64,000 nt of DNA from Candidatus Woesearchaeota archaeon (GCA_964598185.1 CAZRAT010000001.1:3419-67418), one strand, 5' to 3'; counted from the first letter of the stretch, positions 28,361 to 38,121 are shown. Translations and numbers: made by a program. Notes: a model not told the origin generated them from the letters alone.

Positions 28361-30778
28361 CTAAAATTCAACTTTAAATTTCCCTTTCTTAATCTCTCTC
28401 ACATTTGTAACACCTTTCAAATCTTCAAGAACATCTTTTAATTTCTCTTTATTACTAATTGTTAAAACACATTCTGCATTCATTGGCTTTCCTACTTTTG
28501 TTTTTTCCTGACGAACTTTTGAAATAATCTCTAAAATCAAATCCAAAGTTTTATCTGATTTATCTTTGCCCCTAGTAGATATTTTCTTAGAAAATGTCTC
28601 GGGGTACGCCTGTGGTGTCCCAACTTCAGGCCAATCAGAAATATGAATACTCTTCTCTTTTTCAATCTTCCTAAAATATTCTTGATAAATTTCTTCTGTA
28701 ATAAAAGGCATAATCGGGGAAGCCATTTTCAAAATATCTAAGAGCATCTTGTACAAAGCGTACTGTGCAGAAATCTTCTTCTCCCCTTTCTCATTGTAAA
28801 TTCTCTTCTTAACAATCTCAAGATAATTATCACAAAACATTTTCCAGAAAAAATTCTCAAATAATAACTTTGCTCTTGGAATATTATATTCTTCATAAGC
28901 CTTAGTGACTTTCTTAATTACTTGATTAAGTTCCCCTAAAAATAAAGAATCTAATTTTTCCAATTTTTTTGGCCGCTTACAATCCCAATCTTCTAAATTC
29001 ATAAAAACAAACCTTGATGCATTAATTAATTTTGTTGAAAATCGTTTTCCTGCTACAAGTTCTTTATCTGAAAACGCTACAGCCTCAGCAGGTCCAATTG
29101 ACGCGCAAAGATACCTCAAAACATCTGCACCATATTTCTCAAAAATTTCTTGAAGCGAAATTCCGTTTCCTAAAGACTTACTCATTTTTCTTCCGTCTCT
29201 GCCAAGCATCCAACCATTTATGTACAATTCTTCCCAAGGGTTTCTTTTATAATGAAGCTGAGATTTAACAATTGTATTAAAATCCCAAAACGTAATTATA
29301 TCCTGCCCATTACGTCGAATTGAAAAAGGTTTATCTTTAATTTTTTTATGAGCAGGAGTGCCCTTTAAAATATCTTTAATAATTGTCGGTGTCAAGGAAG
29401 AAGTGGCCCAAGTATTCATAATATCTTTTTCAGGGATAAATTCTTTGCTCTTGCATTTTGGACACTCTTTTATAGGAGGTTTTGTTTCCATTGGAACAAC
29501 AGGCAAATCCTCTTCATTAGCTAAAATAACTTCACCGCATTTAGCACAATACCACACAGGAAAAGAAATCCCAAAAGGAATCTGACGCGAAATACACCAA
29601 TCCCACTTCAATCCTTTAACCCAATTATCATAACGAACTTTCATATTAGGAGGGGACCATTTAATCTCATTGCCCCACTTTAACAAATCATTTTTCAAAT
29701 CAAGATATTTAACAAACCATTGTTTATGACTAAAAAATTCAGCAGGATTTTTACACCGCTCACACACATTAACTATATGCACAATTTTCTTCTTGCTCTT
29801 AAGAAAACCGCCTTTCTTTAAATCATTCAAAATCTCTTCACGCGCTTCTTCAATTTTCATTCCTTCATATTTCCCTGCCAAAGAAGTCATTCTTCCATCC
29901 TTACCAATTGCTTCTTTAATTGGAAGGTTATATTGTCTCTGCCACTCCATGTCCTTCTGGTCCCCAAAAGTCGCAGAATATGCAATCCCTGTTCCTTTAT
30001 CCATTTCAACACCCTCATCTTCCATAATCGGAACTTCAATATTAAACAAAGGAATCTTCGCCATCTTCCCTTTAAGATGTTTGTACCTCTTATCTTTTGG
30101 ATGATAAAAAACCGCAACACTTGCAGGAAATAATTCAGGACGTGTTGTCGAAATAACCAAATCCTTGTCATCAACTTTCAAAATTATATCTGAAAATGTA
30201 CCAAACACTTCTTTATCTTCTAACTCAACCTGTCCCATTGTAGTCTGACAACAAGGACACCATAAAGCAGGAGCATCTACTCTGTACTCCCTACCCATTT
30301 TATATAAATCAATAAAAGACTTCTGGGAAATACGTCTCGCTCTTTTATCAATAGTCGAATAAAAAATATCAAAATCCGCAGACACCCCCAATGTTTTCAT
30401 GTCTTTAAAAAACATAGGAATAAATTCTTCGTGAATCATCTTATCTGCTAACTCAATAAATTCTCCCCTTTTTATTTTTTTAGAATCAACTTTTTTCTCT
30501 TTCTCAACAAGCTTCAATGTAGGCAACCCATTATTATCTGTTCCAAACGGGTTCAAAATCTCAAATCCACGCATCCTCTTAAACCTGGCAAAAAAATCCT
30601 GATGACTATCACCTAACGCGTGACCAATATGAAGCCTACCACTAACTGTTGGCGGAGGAGTATCAAATGAAAAAATTTCCTTCTTTGTATTAACATCAAA
30701 CTTGTACATCTTCTCTTTATCCCAAAAATCTGCCCATTTCTTTTCTATTGCCTTAAAATCAAAATTATTTTTAGCCAT
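28361..30778 (-). CDS. valS: Valyl-tRNA synthetase (class Ia); contains an in-frame copy of the 54-nt palindromic element in the C-terminal region
   Basis: 805 aa; PPPTVSGRLHIGHALG (HIGH), KMSKSLGN, WCISRQ; size and PPxxTG motif favour ValRS over IleRS/LeuRS. Confidence 0.75.
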   Translation of the reverse strand: MAKNNFDFKAIEKKWADFWDKEKMYKFDVNTKKEIFSFDTPPPTVSGRLHIGHALGDSHQDFFARFKRMRGFEILNPFGTDNNGLPTLKLVEKEKKVDSKKIKRGEFIELADKMIHEEFIPMFFKDMKTLGVSADFDIFYSTIDKRARRISQKSFIDLYKMGREYRVDAPALWCPCCQTTMGQVELEDKEVFGTFSDIILKVDDKDLVISTTRPELFPASVAVFYHPKDKRYKHLKGKMAKIPLFNIEVPIMEDEGVEMDKGTGIAYSATFGDQKDMEWQRQYNLPIKEAIGKDGRMTSLAGKYEGMKIEEAREEILNDLKKGGFLKSKKKIVHIVNVCERCKNPAEFFSHKQWFVKYLDLKNDLLKWGNEIKWSPPNMKVRYDNWVKGLKWDWCISRQIPFGISFPVWYCAKCGEVILANEEDLPVVPMETKPPIKECPKCKSKEFIPEKDIMNTWATSSLTPTIIKDILKGTPAHKKIKDKPFSIRRNGQDIITFWDFNTIVKSQLHYKRNPWEELYINGWMLGRDGRKMSKSLGNGISLQEIFEKYGADVLRYLCASIGPAEAVAFSDKELVAGKRFSTKLINASRFVFMNLEDWDCKRPKKLEKLDSLFLGELNQVIKKVTKAYEEYNIPRAKLLFENFFWKMFCDNYLEIVKKRIYNEKGEKKISAQYALYKMLLDILKMASPIMPFITEEIYQEYFRKIEKEKSIHISDWPEVGTPQAYPETFSKKISTRGKDKSDKTLDLILEIISKVRQEKTKVGKPMNAECVLTISNKEKLKDVLEDLKGVTNVREIKKGKFKVEF
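28565..28618 (-). repeat. Palindromic in-frame mini-element, copy 2, inside ValRS
   Basis: TTTGCCCCTAGTAGATATTTTCTTAGAAAATGTCTCGGGGTACGCCTGTGGTGT. Confidence 0.7.
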
Positions 30779-30829
30779 AATTTATTACAATCAAGAAACT
30801 TTTAAAAACTATCTATATCTAAAATAATT

Positions 30830-30991
30830 ATGGCACAACAAAACCAAGTCCAGATGCCCGGAGGATTCGGCGGGTTAATGCGATTCAGTGAAGAATACTC
30901 AAGCAAATTCAATTTAAAACCAACTCACATAATTGTATTCATAATTCTGATAATTATTTTCAGATTTTCTTTACCAATTTTCTTTAATTAA
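30830..30991 (+). CDS. Preprotein translocase subunit Sec61-beta (archaeal SecG); below the ORF-track size cutoff
   Basis: 53 aa: MAQQNQVQMPGGFGGLMRFSEEYSSKFNLKPTHIIVFIILIIIFRFSLPIFFN, i.e. GGLxRF motif plus a C-terminal TM. Confidence 0.6.
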   Translation: MAQQNQVQMPGGFGGLMRFSEEYSSKFNLKPTHIIVFIILIIIFRFSLPIFFN

Positions 30992-30992
30992 A

Positions 30993-31193
30993 ATGACAAA
31001 GGTTTATAACTCTATAATTGAAATAGAAAAAGATTTTCTTCCTAAAGATTATCAAAAAAGATTAGCGAAATTAGGGGAGGTTGAAGGATTAATTAAGTAT
31101 TCAAAAAAAGAAAGTCTTAAAATAAGCAATGAAATTAAAACAATCTTGTTCGAAAAAGGTAGTTTAGCAAGGTTAATTTTTTTACAAAATTAA
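30993..31193 (+). CDS. Hypothetical small protein
   Basis: 66-aa ORF directly upstream of NAC. Confidence 0.25.
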   Translation: MTKVYNSIIEIEKDFLPKDYQKRLAKLGEVEGLIKYSKKESLKISNEIKTILFEKGSLARLIFLQN

Positions 31194-31194
31194 A

Positions 31195-31524
31195 ATGATT
31201 CCAGGAATGAACCCAAAAAAAATGCAAGCAGTTATGAAACAGATGGGAATCTCCCAAGAAGAAATTGATACATCAAGGGTGATAATTGAAAAAACAGACA
31301 ACACCAAAATAATAATTGAACCTGTTTCAGTAACAAAAGTAAAAATGCAAGGACAAGAAACTTTTCAAATTGCAGGAGAAACCAGAGAAGAAACTTCTTC
31401 TCCTAAAACTTCAGAAGAAGACATAAAAACAATTATTGAAAAAACAGGGGCTTCAGAATCAGAAGCAAAACAAGCTTTAGAAAAAACAGGTGATTTGGCA
31501 GAAGCTATTTTAGAATTGAGTTAA
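31195..31524 (+). CDS. nac: Nascent polypeptide-associated complex, alpha subunit
   Basis: 109 aa; NAC domain PKKMQAVMKQMGI...IIEPVSV and C-terminal UBA SEAKQALEKTGDLAEAILEL. Confidence 0.8.
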   Translation: MIPGMNPKKMQAVMKQMGISQEEIDTSRVIIEKTDNTKIIIEPVSVTKVKMQGQETFQIAGETREETSSPKTSEEDIKTIIEKTGASESEAKQALEKTGDLAEAILELS

Positions 31525-31570
31525 AAATTTTTATATAAATTATTATATATTCTGATTTCTTTATAATTTA

Positions 31571-32029
31571 ATGGATAAGTTCCTCAAAAATCTCCAAGAA
31601 GCAAGCAAAATAATCTCCACTGCAGACCATATGCTTTATGTGACATTTCCCTTAATCAAGGACAAAAAACTCTTGTTAAAAATTCTAATAGACACAAAAA
31701 TAGCAATCTCAAAATGCATTAGTTCAATACTCCAATATGAATATCTTTACAAAAGAATAAATCTTTACAACAACCCAAAAACAAATTTCAAAACATTTGA
31801 AGAAAAATGTGCTAAAAAATATGATGTCACAAAACAAGATATAAAATTAATTTTAGAATTATTTGATATTGTAGAAGAACATAAAAAAAGTTCAATGGAA
31901 TTTATGAAAAACACAAAAATTATTATTCTCTCTCAAAATTTACAACAAAAAACAATAACAATTGAAAAAATAAAAGAATTTTTAACATTAGCTAAAAATA
32001 TTCTGAAAAAAATTAAAGAAACAATTTAA
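31571..32029 (+). CDS. Hypothetical helical protein, paralog A of a tandem pair
   Basis: 152 aa; shares the N-terminal ADH-M/L-LYV motif with the next ORF. Confidence 0.3.
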   Translation: MDKFLKNLQEASKIISTADHMLYVTFPLIKDKKLLLKILIDTKIAISKCISSILQYEYLYKRINLYNNPKTNFKTFEEKCAKKYDVTKQDIKLILELFDIVEEHKKSSMEFMKNTKIIILSQNLQQKTITIEKIKEFLTLAKNILKKIKETI

Positions 32030-32086
32030 AGATAAATATAAAAAGCCCTTATCCTTAATGAAATATAGTTCTATTTATTAGATAAT

Positions 32087-32527
32087 ATGGAAGAAATAAT
32101 TCAAGAAAAAATAAGTGCAGATCATCTTCTTTATGTTAGCTTGAAGTATACAAAAACCTGTGATGTAATATTAAATCTCATTTTAAGGTGGAAAAGGATG
32201 ATTGAAACTAGCATTAACGGAATATTAAAACACGCCAAGAAAAAAAAGAAAATCTCCTCAATTTCTTTAAATCCAATCGGAAAAATAGAAGATGTAAAAA
32301 AACTATTCAAGAAAGATAAAGATTTCTTACAAGTTATAGAAATGTATGAAATGTTTAGAAAAATTGAAGAATTAAAAAAAGAAAGAACAGGAGAATTTAG
32401 AAAAAACGTTAATCTAAAAATATTTTACAAAGGGAAAGAAATAAATGTAAATTTAGAACAACTAAAAATCTATGCAGAAAAGTTGGAAAAGTTTATAAGT
32501 ACAACAAGGCAATTTCTTCTATCATAA
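32087..32527 (+). CDS. Hypothetical helical protein, paralog B of a tandem pair
   Basis: 146 aa; ISADHLLYVSL...ILNLIL parallels paralog A. Confidence 0.3.
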   Translation: MEEIIQEKISADHLLYVSLKYTKTCDVILNLILRWKRMIETSINGILKHAKKKKKISSISLNPIGKIEDVKKLFKKDKDFLQVIEMYEMFRKIEELKKERTGEFRKNVNLKIFYKGKEINVNLEQLKIYAEKLEKFISTTRQFLLS

Positions 32528-32542
32528 AATTATATCGCGAAA

Positions 32543-33319
32543 ATGTCAAAAATAATCGTTATTACATCTGGTAAAGGTGGTGTTGGAAAAACCACTTCTG
32601 CAATAAATCTAGGCGCAGCCATAAATTATTTTGGTGGACAATCATTAATTATAGACGGAAATCTCTCTACACCAAACATTGGAATCCATTTAAATTCGCC
32701 AGAAGTTCCAATAAATTTAAATCATGTTTTATTAAATAAAGCAGACCCTTTCGAAGCTGTTTACGAACATGAATCAGGAATGAAAATCATGCCTTCTTCT
32801 TTATCAATAAAAGAACTGAAAAAAATAGATTTGAAAAAAATAAAAAATTTTAAAAAAGAATTCAAAGAAATTTCAGACTATGTTATTATTGATTGTGCCG
32901 CAGGACTTGGTGAAGAAGCAATATCTGCAATTGAAATTGCCGATGAATTAATAATAATCACAAATCCAGAAATGCCCGCAATTACTGATGCATTAAAAAC
33001 AATCAAACTTGCAGAACAAATGAAAAAAACAGTTAGAGGAATAATTATAACAAGGGTTAAAAAAAACAAAATAGAAATGCAACCAGAAACAGTAAAAGAA
33101 ATGTTGGAGACACCTATTCTTGGAATGATCCCAGAGGATATAGATATTCCAAAATCATTAAATCTAAGAGACGCTGTTATTCATACCGCTCCAAAAAGCA
33201 ATTCAGCAAGAGCTTACAAAGAAATTGCAGCAAAAATTTTAGATGTAGAATATGATTCAAATAAAGACAGAGAAAATATAGTGCAAAGAGTTCTTCAAAA
33301 ATTAGGTTTGCGTAATTAA
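32543..33319 (+). CDS. minD: MinD/ParA-family P-loop ATPase
   Basis: 258 aa; deviant Walker A SGKGGVGKTT and the MinD-type core. Confidence 0.8.
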   Translation: MSKIIVITSGKGGVGKTTSAINLGAAINYFGGQSLIIDGNLSTPNIGIHLNSPEVPINLNHVLLNKADPFEAVYEHESGMKIMPSSLSIKELKKIDLKKIKNFKKEFKEISDYVIIDCAAGLGEEAISAIEIADELIIITNPEMPAITDALKTIKLAEQMKKTVRGIIITRVKKNKIEMQPETVKEMLETPILGMIPEDIDIPKSLNLRDAVIHTAPKSNSARAYKEIAAKILDVEYDSNKDRENIVQRVLQKLGLRN

Positions 33320-33526
33320 AATAAATATTAATCTTCAAACAATATTTTTACCATAGAAGAATCGTTTGAAGAAAAAACCTTACTTGTTTCAATATCTTCA
33401 AATGCTTTTTTTCTAGCAAAATCTATAAGTTCATCATTAGAAGGATAAAGCACAACATTTCCTTTCTGATATTTTCCACATTCATTACACATAAAAATCC
33501 CAATCAACTTTAATTTATAAATTTAT

Positions 33527-33871
33527 CTAACTAACACGACTTCCATCATCAATTTCTTTTTCAGGAGAAACTAAAATAACTTCTTTCTCATCCTCACTAA
33601 CAGAAGCCAAAAGCATTCCTTGACTTTCAATACCTCGCATTTTTCTAGGAGCAAGATTCACAAATAAAATTATCTTTTTACCAACTAATTCTTCTTTTGA
33701 ATAATGTTGTTTAATCCCCGCACAAATAACTCTTTCTCCAATTTCAGAACCAACATCTAAAGTTAATTTGTAAAGTTTATCAGCACCTTCAATATCTTCA
33801 ACTTCTTTAATCTGTGCAACTCGCAAATCAATTTTTTCCCAGTCTTTAAATTCAACTATTCCTTCTGTCAT
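33527..33871 (-). CDS. tRNA-binding protein (Trbp111/EMAP-like OB fold), the detached C-terminal domain of MetRS
   Basis: 114 aa; LRVAQIKEVEDIEGADKLYKLTLDVG...NLAPRKMRGIESQGMLLA; overlaps the MetRS stop by 4 nt. Confidence 0.75.
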   Translation of the reverse strand: MTEGIVEFKDWEKIDLRVAQIKEVEDIEGADKLYKLTLDVGSEIGERVICAGIKQHYSKEELVGKKIILFVNLAPRKMRGIESQGMLLASVSEDEKEVILVSPEKEIDDGSRVS

Positions 33872-35256
33872 TTTATCTTTTCAAAAAGGATTTTGCCCTT
33901 TTTAATCTCTTCTGCACTAAACTGCTTTTTAATCTTTTCTGCACTTTCAGGAATAAAAGGCAAAAGCAAATCAGCAATTTTTAAAATAGATTCCTTTAAC
34001 TCATAAAGAACTTTCTTATCCTTTGTCTCCCATGGTTTTTTATTTTGAACATATTCATTACAAAAATCAATAAAACCAAAAACCTCATTCAACGCTTTAT
34101 CAAATTCATAATTCTCCAAAAGTTTCTCAATTTTTTTCTCATTCAACTTTTTAATCAATCTGTTTTGTGTTTTTTCCAAACCATTCCTTTCAATCAACCC
34201 ACTAACTCTTGAAACCAAATTCCCTAACTTATTTGCAAGTTCATTGTTGTTTCTTTCTATTAAAATTTCTTCAGAATAATCAGAATCTTCAAACACAGAA
34301 CATCTTAACAAAGAATATCTCACAGGGTCCACGCCGTATTTTTTCACAAGTGCAAGAGGGTCAATCACATTCCCTAGTGATTTTGACATTTTCTTCCCTC
34401 TAACATTCAAATAACCATGAACCAAAAGTTTCTTTGGAAGTTCAATTCCTGCAGACATTAATAACGCAGGCCAGATAACAGAATGAAACCAATTAATCCC
34501 TTTCCCAACAATATGAACATCTGCAGGCCATTTATCTTCTGCTCCAGAAACATAATTAATCAAAGCATCAATCCAAACCCAAACCTTAAAATTTTTATCA
34601 CCAGGAAAATCAACCCCCCATTCTGCTCCTTTTCTACTCACACATACATCTCTCAAATCTTCTTTCAGCCTAGAAAGAATCTCCTTTTTCCTTGATTCAG
34701 GAACAACATAATTCTCTACAAATTTAATTAACTGATTTTTATATTTACTTAATTTAAAAAAATAAGCCTCTTCCTTAGTATGCTCTGGCTTTTTATTATG
34801 CTCAGGACACTTCCCATCAACCAAATCTTTTTCAGTAAGATACGCCTCGCAACCAGAACAATAATCTCCTTCATATACTCCTTTGTAAATATCACCTTTA
34901 TCAATAATCTTCTTCAAAATTTCCTTAACAACTTTAGAATGTTCTTTAGCAGTAGTTCGGATAAATTTATCATGACTAATATTTAATTCCTTACACAATT
35001 CCTTAAACAAAGCAGTATTCTTATCAATAAATTCTTTCACAGGAATTCCTACTTCTCCAGCAGCTTGAACATTTTTTTGAGCATTCTCATCAACTCCTGT
35101 AAGAAAAAAAACCTCGTTCTTTTTCTCTCTCTTCCATCTTGCAAGAGCATCTGCTAAAACTTTTTCAAATGCATGTCCAATGTGGGGTTTTGCATTTACA
35201 TAATCAATTGCTGTAGTAACATAAAATTTCTTCTTCATAATAAATTTAGAAAACAA
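33868..35256 (-). CDS. metG: Methionyl-tRNA synthetase catalytic core
   Basis: 462 aa; HIGH (PHIGHAFE), KMSKSLGN, zinc knuckle CSGCEAYL...CPEHNKKPE. Confidence 0.9.
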   Translation of the reverse strand: MFSKFIMKKKFYVTTAIDYVNAKPHIGHAFEKVLADALARWKREKKNEVFFLTGVDENAQKNVQAAGEVGIPVKEFIDKNTALFKELCKELNISHDKFIRTTAKEHSKVVKEILKKIIDKGDIYKGVYEGDYCSGCEAYLTEKDLVDGKCPEHNKKPEHTKEEAYFFKLSKYKNQLIKFVENYVVPESRKKEILSRLKEDLRDVCVSRKGAEWGVDFPGDKNFKVWVWIDALINYVSGAEDKWPADVHIVGKGINWFHSVIWPALLMSAGIELPKKLLVHGYLNVRGKKMSKSLGNVIDPLALVKKYGVDPVRYSLLRCSVFEDSDYSEEILIERNNNELANKLGNLVSRVSGLIERNGLEKTQNRLIKKLNEKKIEKLLENYEFDKALNEVFGFIDFCNEYVQNKKPWETKDKKVLYELKESILKIADLLLPFIPESAEKIKKQFSAEEIKKGKILFEKIK

Positions 35257-35330
35257 GAATATAAAAAACTAACCTATTTCTTTTTTTGCTTTATCTCTGT
35301 TTCAATAAGCCCAGACAACTCATCAACTTC

Positions 35331-35777
35331 CTACATTTGGGGTTTTAAATGTTCATAGTACATTCTTTCTGCACGCTCTTCTGAAACATTTGCAACATCT
35401 GTTATTACACTCATATAATAATCATCTGACAAATCCATTCCTTCTCTTAACCCATAAGCAAGTATTGTTTTTACTAAAGGGGGCAGTTCTTCCCTCATCT
35501 TTTTTTGCAGTGGTTGACTCCATTTAGGTCTAGATTCAACAAACCAATCAACAGCCTCGCTCATACTTATTTTCCTTTTTCTCCCAGTTTTACTAGTCTT
35601 AATAGCAGTAACAGGACTATCTCCATCTACTATTTGACTATCAATAATCCTGGAATATATTTCTGGGATTAACTCCTGCTCTTTACTTGTGAGGTATCCC
35701 CCAATCCTCTGAAGTGTTCTGCCTTGCCTGGCACAAGCAACTGCAAGTTCTACTAATTTAATAAGTTCCTCCCCCAT
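35331..35777 (-). CDS. Hypothetical protein with atypical composition (higher GC, different codon usage)
   Basis: 148 aa; the local sequence is visibly G+C-richer (codons such as GCC/AGG/CAG/GGC) than neighbouring genes. Confidence 0.3.
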   Translation of the reverse strand: MGEELIKLVELAVACARQGRTLQRIGGYLTSKEQELIPEIYSRIIDSQIVDGDSPVTAIKTSKTGRKRKISMSEAVDWFVESRPKWSQPLQKKMREELPPLVKTILAYGLREGMDLSDDYYMSVITDVANVSEERAERMYYEHLKPQM

Positions 35778-35870
35778 ATTTTATTTAGGAAACTAGATTA
35801 TATAAAAACTCGTATGGTATAACATAACCTTCACAACATTTATTAATAATAATTGCTAATAAATTAAAAG

Positions 35871-37340
35871 ATGGTGAAAAAAAAGAACATGCGATTTCCA
35901 TCGGAAGCCCTTAAAGAAATCGCTAATCGGAACAGGAAGGGAAAATCGAAAAAAACCGCGAGGTTGTTTTCATCTCCTAAAATAGAAAAATTAAAGAAAA
36001 AAGCAAGAAAGTACAGCATAAAAGAAGGAATTTTTACTTCAGCTAAAAACTCCTTTGGAGATTATTATGTTTCTCCATTTGCAATTGCAATTAATTCAAG
36101 TTCATCGGTTGTTGCTATGATAAGTGCTTTCAGCGGATTGCTCGGTCCAATAAGCCAAATGTTCGGCTCAAGACTACCTGAAAAATACCCTAGGAAAAAA
36201 ATTGTTCTAAGAAGTATTTTTTTCGAATCATTAATTTGGTTGCCGTTTATTGCAATTGCAATTTTGTTCTATAGCGGGATTTTATTAGAATCTCTTCCAA
36301 TTTTGGTTTTATTTTCTTTTTCATTATATACAATTGCAGGAAATCTTGGATATCCAGCATGGTTTTCTTGGATGGGTGATATTGTTGAAAATAAACACAG
36401 AGGAAAATATTTCTCAAAAAGAAATCTTTTAATGGGATTCACTTCTGTTGTTCTAGCAATCTCCGCGGCATTTTTCCTAGATTATTTTGGGAAAAACCAC
36501 CATATAATGTTCGGATTTGCAATTTTATTTTCTTTAGCATTACTCTCAAGATTAACTTGTTGGAAAATTCTCCATAAACAATACGAACCAAAAATAAAAT
36601 TAAAAAAAGGTTACTACTTTTCATTTTGGGATTTTTTAATTAATTCAAATAAAAATAACTTCGGAAAATTCTCATTATTCAGATTCTTTTTCACATTCAC
36701 AACTGCAATCTCAAGCCCTCTTTTAGTAGTTTATCTTCTAAGACATTTAAATTTTTCATACACTGCGTATATGGTAATAATCTTCTCAGGAACAATTTTC
36801 TCATTAATTGTTTTAGAATTGTGGGGAAAATTCGCAGACAGATATGGTAATTATAGGACACTATGTATTTCAACTTTAATAATTCCTTTTATTCCAATAT
36901 TGTGGGTTTTAAATTCAAATATTTTTTATTTAATTTTCATCCCGTCAGCATTAAGCGGAATTGCTTGGGCAGGAATCCACTTGTCTGAAACAAATTTTAT
37001 ATACGATAATGTTAGTTACCAAAAAAGGGGGCTCGCAATTTCCTATTACAATATGTTCTGGGGAATTGGACTTTTCTTAGGAGCATCACTAGGGGCACTT
37101 TTAATAAAAATCCTCGACACTAATTTCATACAACCAATAATTTTAATATTCATTATTGGTGCATTAGCAAGAGCTGCATCAGTTATATGGGGGCTTCCAA
37201 AAATAAAAGAAATTAAAAAAACAAAAAAATTCACATCTTCAAAAGCATTCAAGGAAATTATCATGAAAGAAGGAGCCCCAACAATCCATGAAGAAGTAAA
37301 TGATATTATTCATATAAAAAAATATTTATATCTTAAATAA
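35871..37340 (+). CDS. Polytopic membrane transporter (MFS-like); its first ~30 codons are a copy of the duplicated hairpin element
   Basis: 489 aa, about 12 hydrophobic helices; the N-terminal MRFPSEALKEIANRNRKGKSKK... is encoded by repeat 35891-35958. Confidence 0.35.
   Translation: MVKKKNMRFPSEALKEIANRNRKGKSKKTARLFSSPKIEKLKKKARKYSIKEGIFTSAKNSFGDYYVSPFAIAINSSSSVVAMISAFSGLLGPISQMFGSRLPEKYPRKKIVLRSIFFESLIWLPFIAIAILFYSGILLESLPILVLFSFSLYTIAGNLGYPAWFSWMGDIVENKHRGKYFSKRNLLMGFTSVVLAISAAFFLDYFGKNHHIMFGFAILFSLALLSRLTCWKILHKQYEPKIKLKKGYYFSFWDFLINSNKNNFGKFSLFRFFFTFTTAISSPLLVVYLLRHLNFSYTAYMVIIFSGTIFSLIVLELWGKFADRYGNYRTLCISTLIIPFIPILWVLNSNIFYLIFIPSALSGIAWAGIHLSETNFIYDNVSYQKRGLAISYYNMFWGIGLFLGASLGALLIKILDTNFIQPIILIFIIGALARAASVIWGLPKIKEIKKTKKFTSSKAFKEIIMKEGAPTIHEEVNDIIHIKKYLYLK
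35891..35958 (+). repeat. Duplicated hairpin element, copy A (fused in-frame to the transporter N-terminus)
   Basis: GCGATTTCCATCGGAAGCCCTTAAAGAAATCGCTAATCGGAACAGGAAGGGAAAATCGAAAAAAACCGCGAGG; perfect 8-bp inverted repeat GCGATTTC/GAAATCGC. Confidence 0.65.
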
Positions 37341-37376
37341 GAACTTATTTAAACTAATCAAAATTATCTTTTAGTT

Positions 37377-38027
37377 ATGTTCAAAAAAAGAAAATGCCAA
37401 AATTGCAATAGAAAAATAAATAAAAGTTATGATTTCTGCCCTCATTGTGGAAACTCTTTTAATAAAAACGCAGAAGACTGGGGGATGTTAGGAAAAACAG
37501 ACACCATAAATGAATTTGAACAATTTTCTAATTCTTTGTTCGGAGGAGTTGGGGGAAAGATAATCGGAGGGATGTTGGGAAAAACACTCAAAATGTTAGA
37601 AAACGAAATACACAAAGAACTTCAAAATCAAAACAAGACTCCAAAAACAAATTTTGAATTAATAATAAATGGTAAAAGAATTGACCCAAAAGATATAAAA
37701 TTATCACATCAAAAGCAAGTTGTCAAAGAACAAAGAAAAATTCTTCCAAATATTTCGAACGAATCTCTCAAAAAAATCTCAACCTTGCCAAAAAAAGAAC
37801 CTTTAACAAATATAAGAAGATTCGCAGATAAAGTAATATATGAAATAAATATGCCTGGAGTAAATTCAATAAACAACATTTCAATAATCAGCCTCGAGAG
37901 CAGCATTGAAATAAAAGCCCTCGCAGACAAAACAGCTTACTTCAAAATAATTCCTATAAACCTTCCTATAACCAATTATCAATTTCTAGATGAAAAATTA
38001 ACTCTTGAGCTAGGGATTAAAAATTAA
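37377..38027 (+). CDS. Zn-ribbon protein with a C-terminal Hsp20-like beta domain
   Basis: 216 aa; CQNCN...CPHCG, glycine-rich linker, and a C-terminal alpha-crystallin-domain-like segment. Confidence 0.3.
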   Translation: MFKKRKCQNCNRKINKSYDFCPHCGNSFNKNAEDWGMLGKTDTINEFEQFSNSLFGGVGGKIIGGMLGKTLKMLENEIHKELQNQNKTPKTNFELIINGKRIDPKDIKLSHQKQVVKEQRKILPNISNESLKKISTLPKKEPLTNIRRFADKVIYEINMPGVNSINNISIISLESSIEIKALADKTAYFKIIPINLPITNYQFLDEKLTLELGIKN

Positions 38028-38030
38028 TAT

Positions 38031-38052
38031 GAGCCTGCACGGATTTGTGGGT
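38031..38052 (-). repeat. Partial copy of the tRNA-Ile 3' end (CAAATCCGTGCAGGCTCA), about 75 nt downstream of the gene
   Basis: Plus strand atgagcctgcacggatttg occurs at 38031 and again at the gene 3' end (38121). Confidence 0.6.
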
Positions 38053-38121
38053 TGTTTTTTCAAAACTCTCCGTCGTCCGAAATTTCAATTTCAAACGAAA
38101 CCACAAGCGCTTCAAATAATA

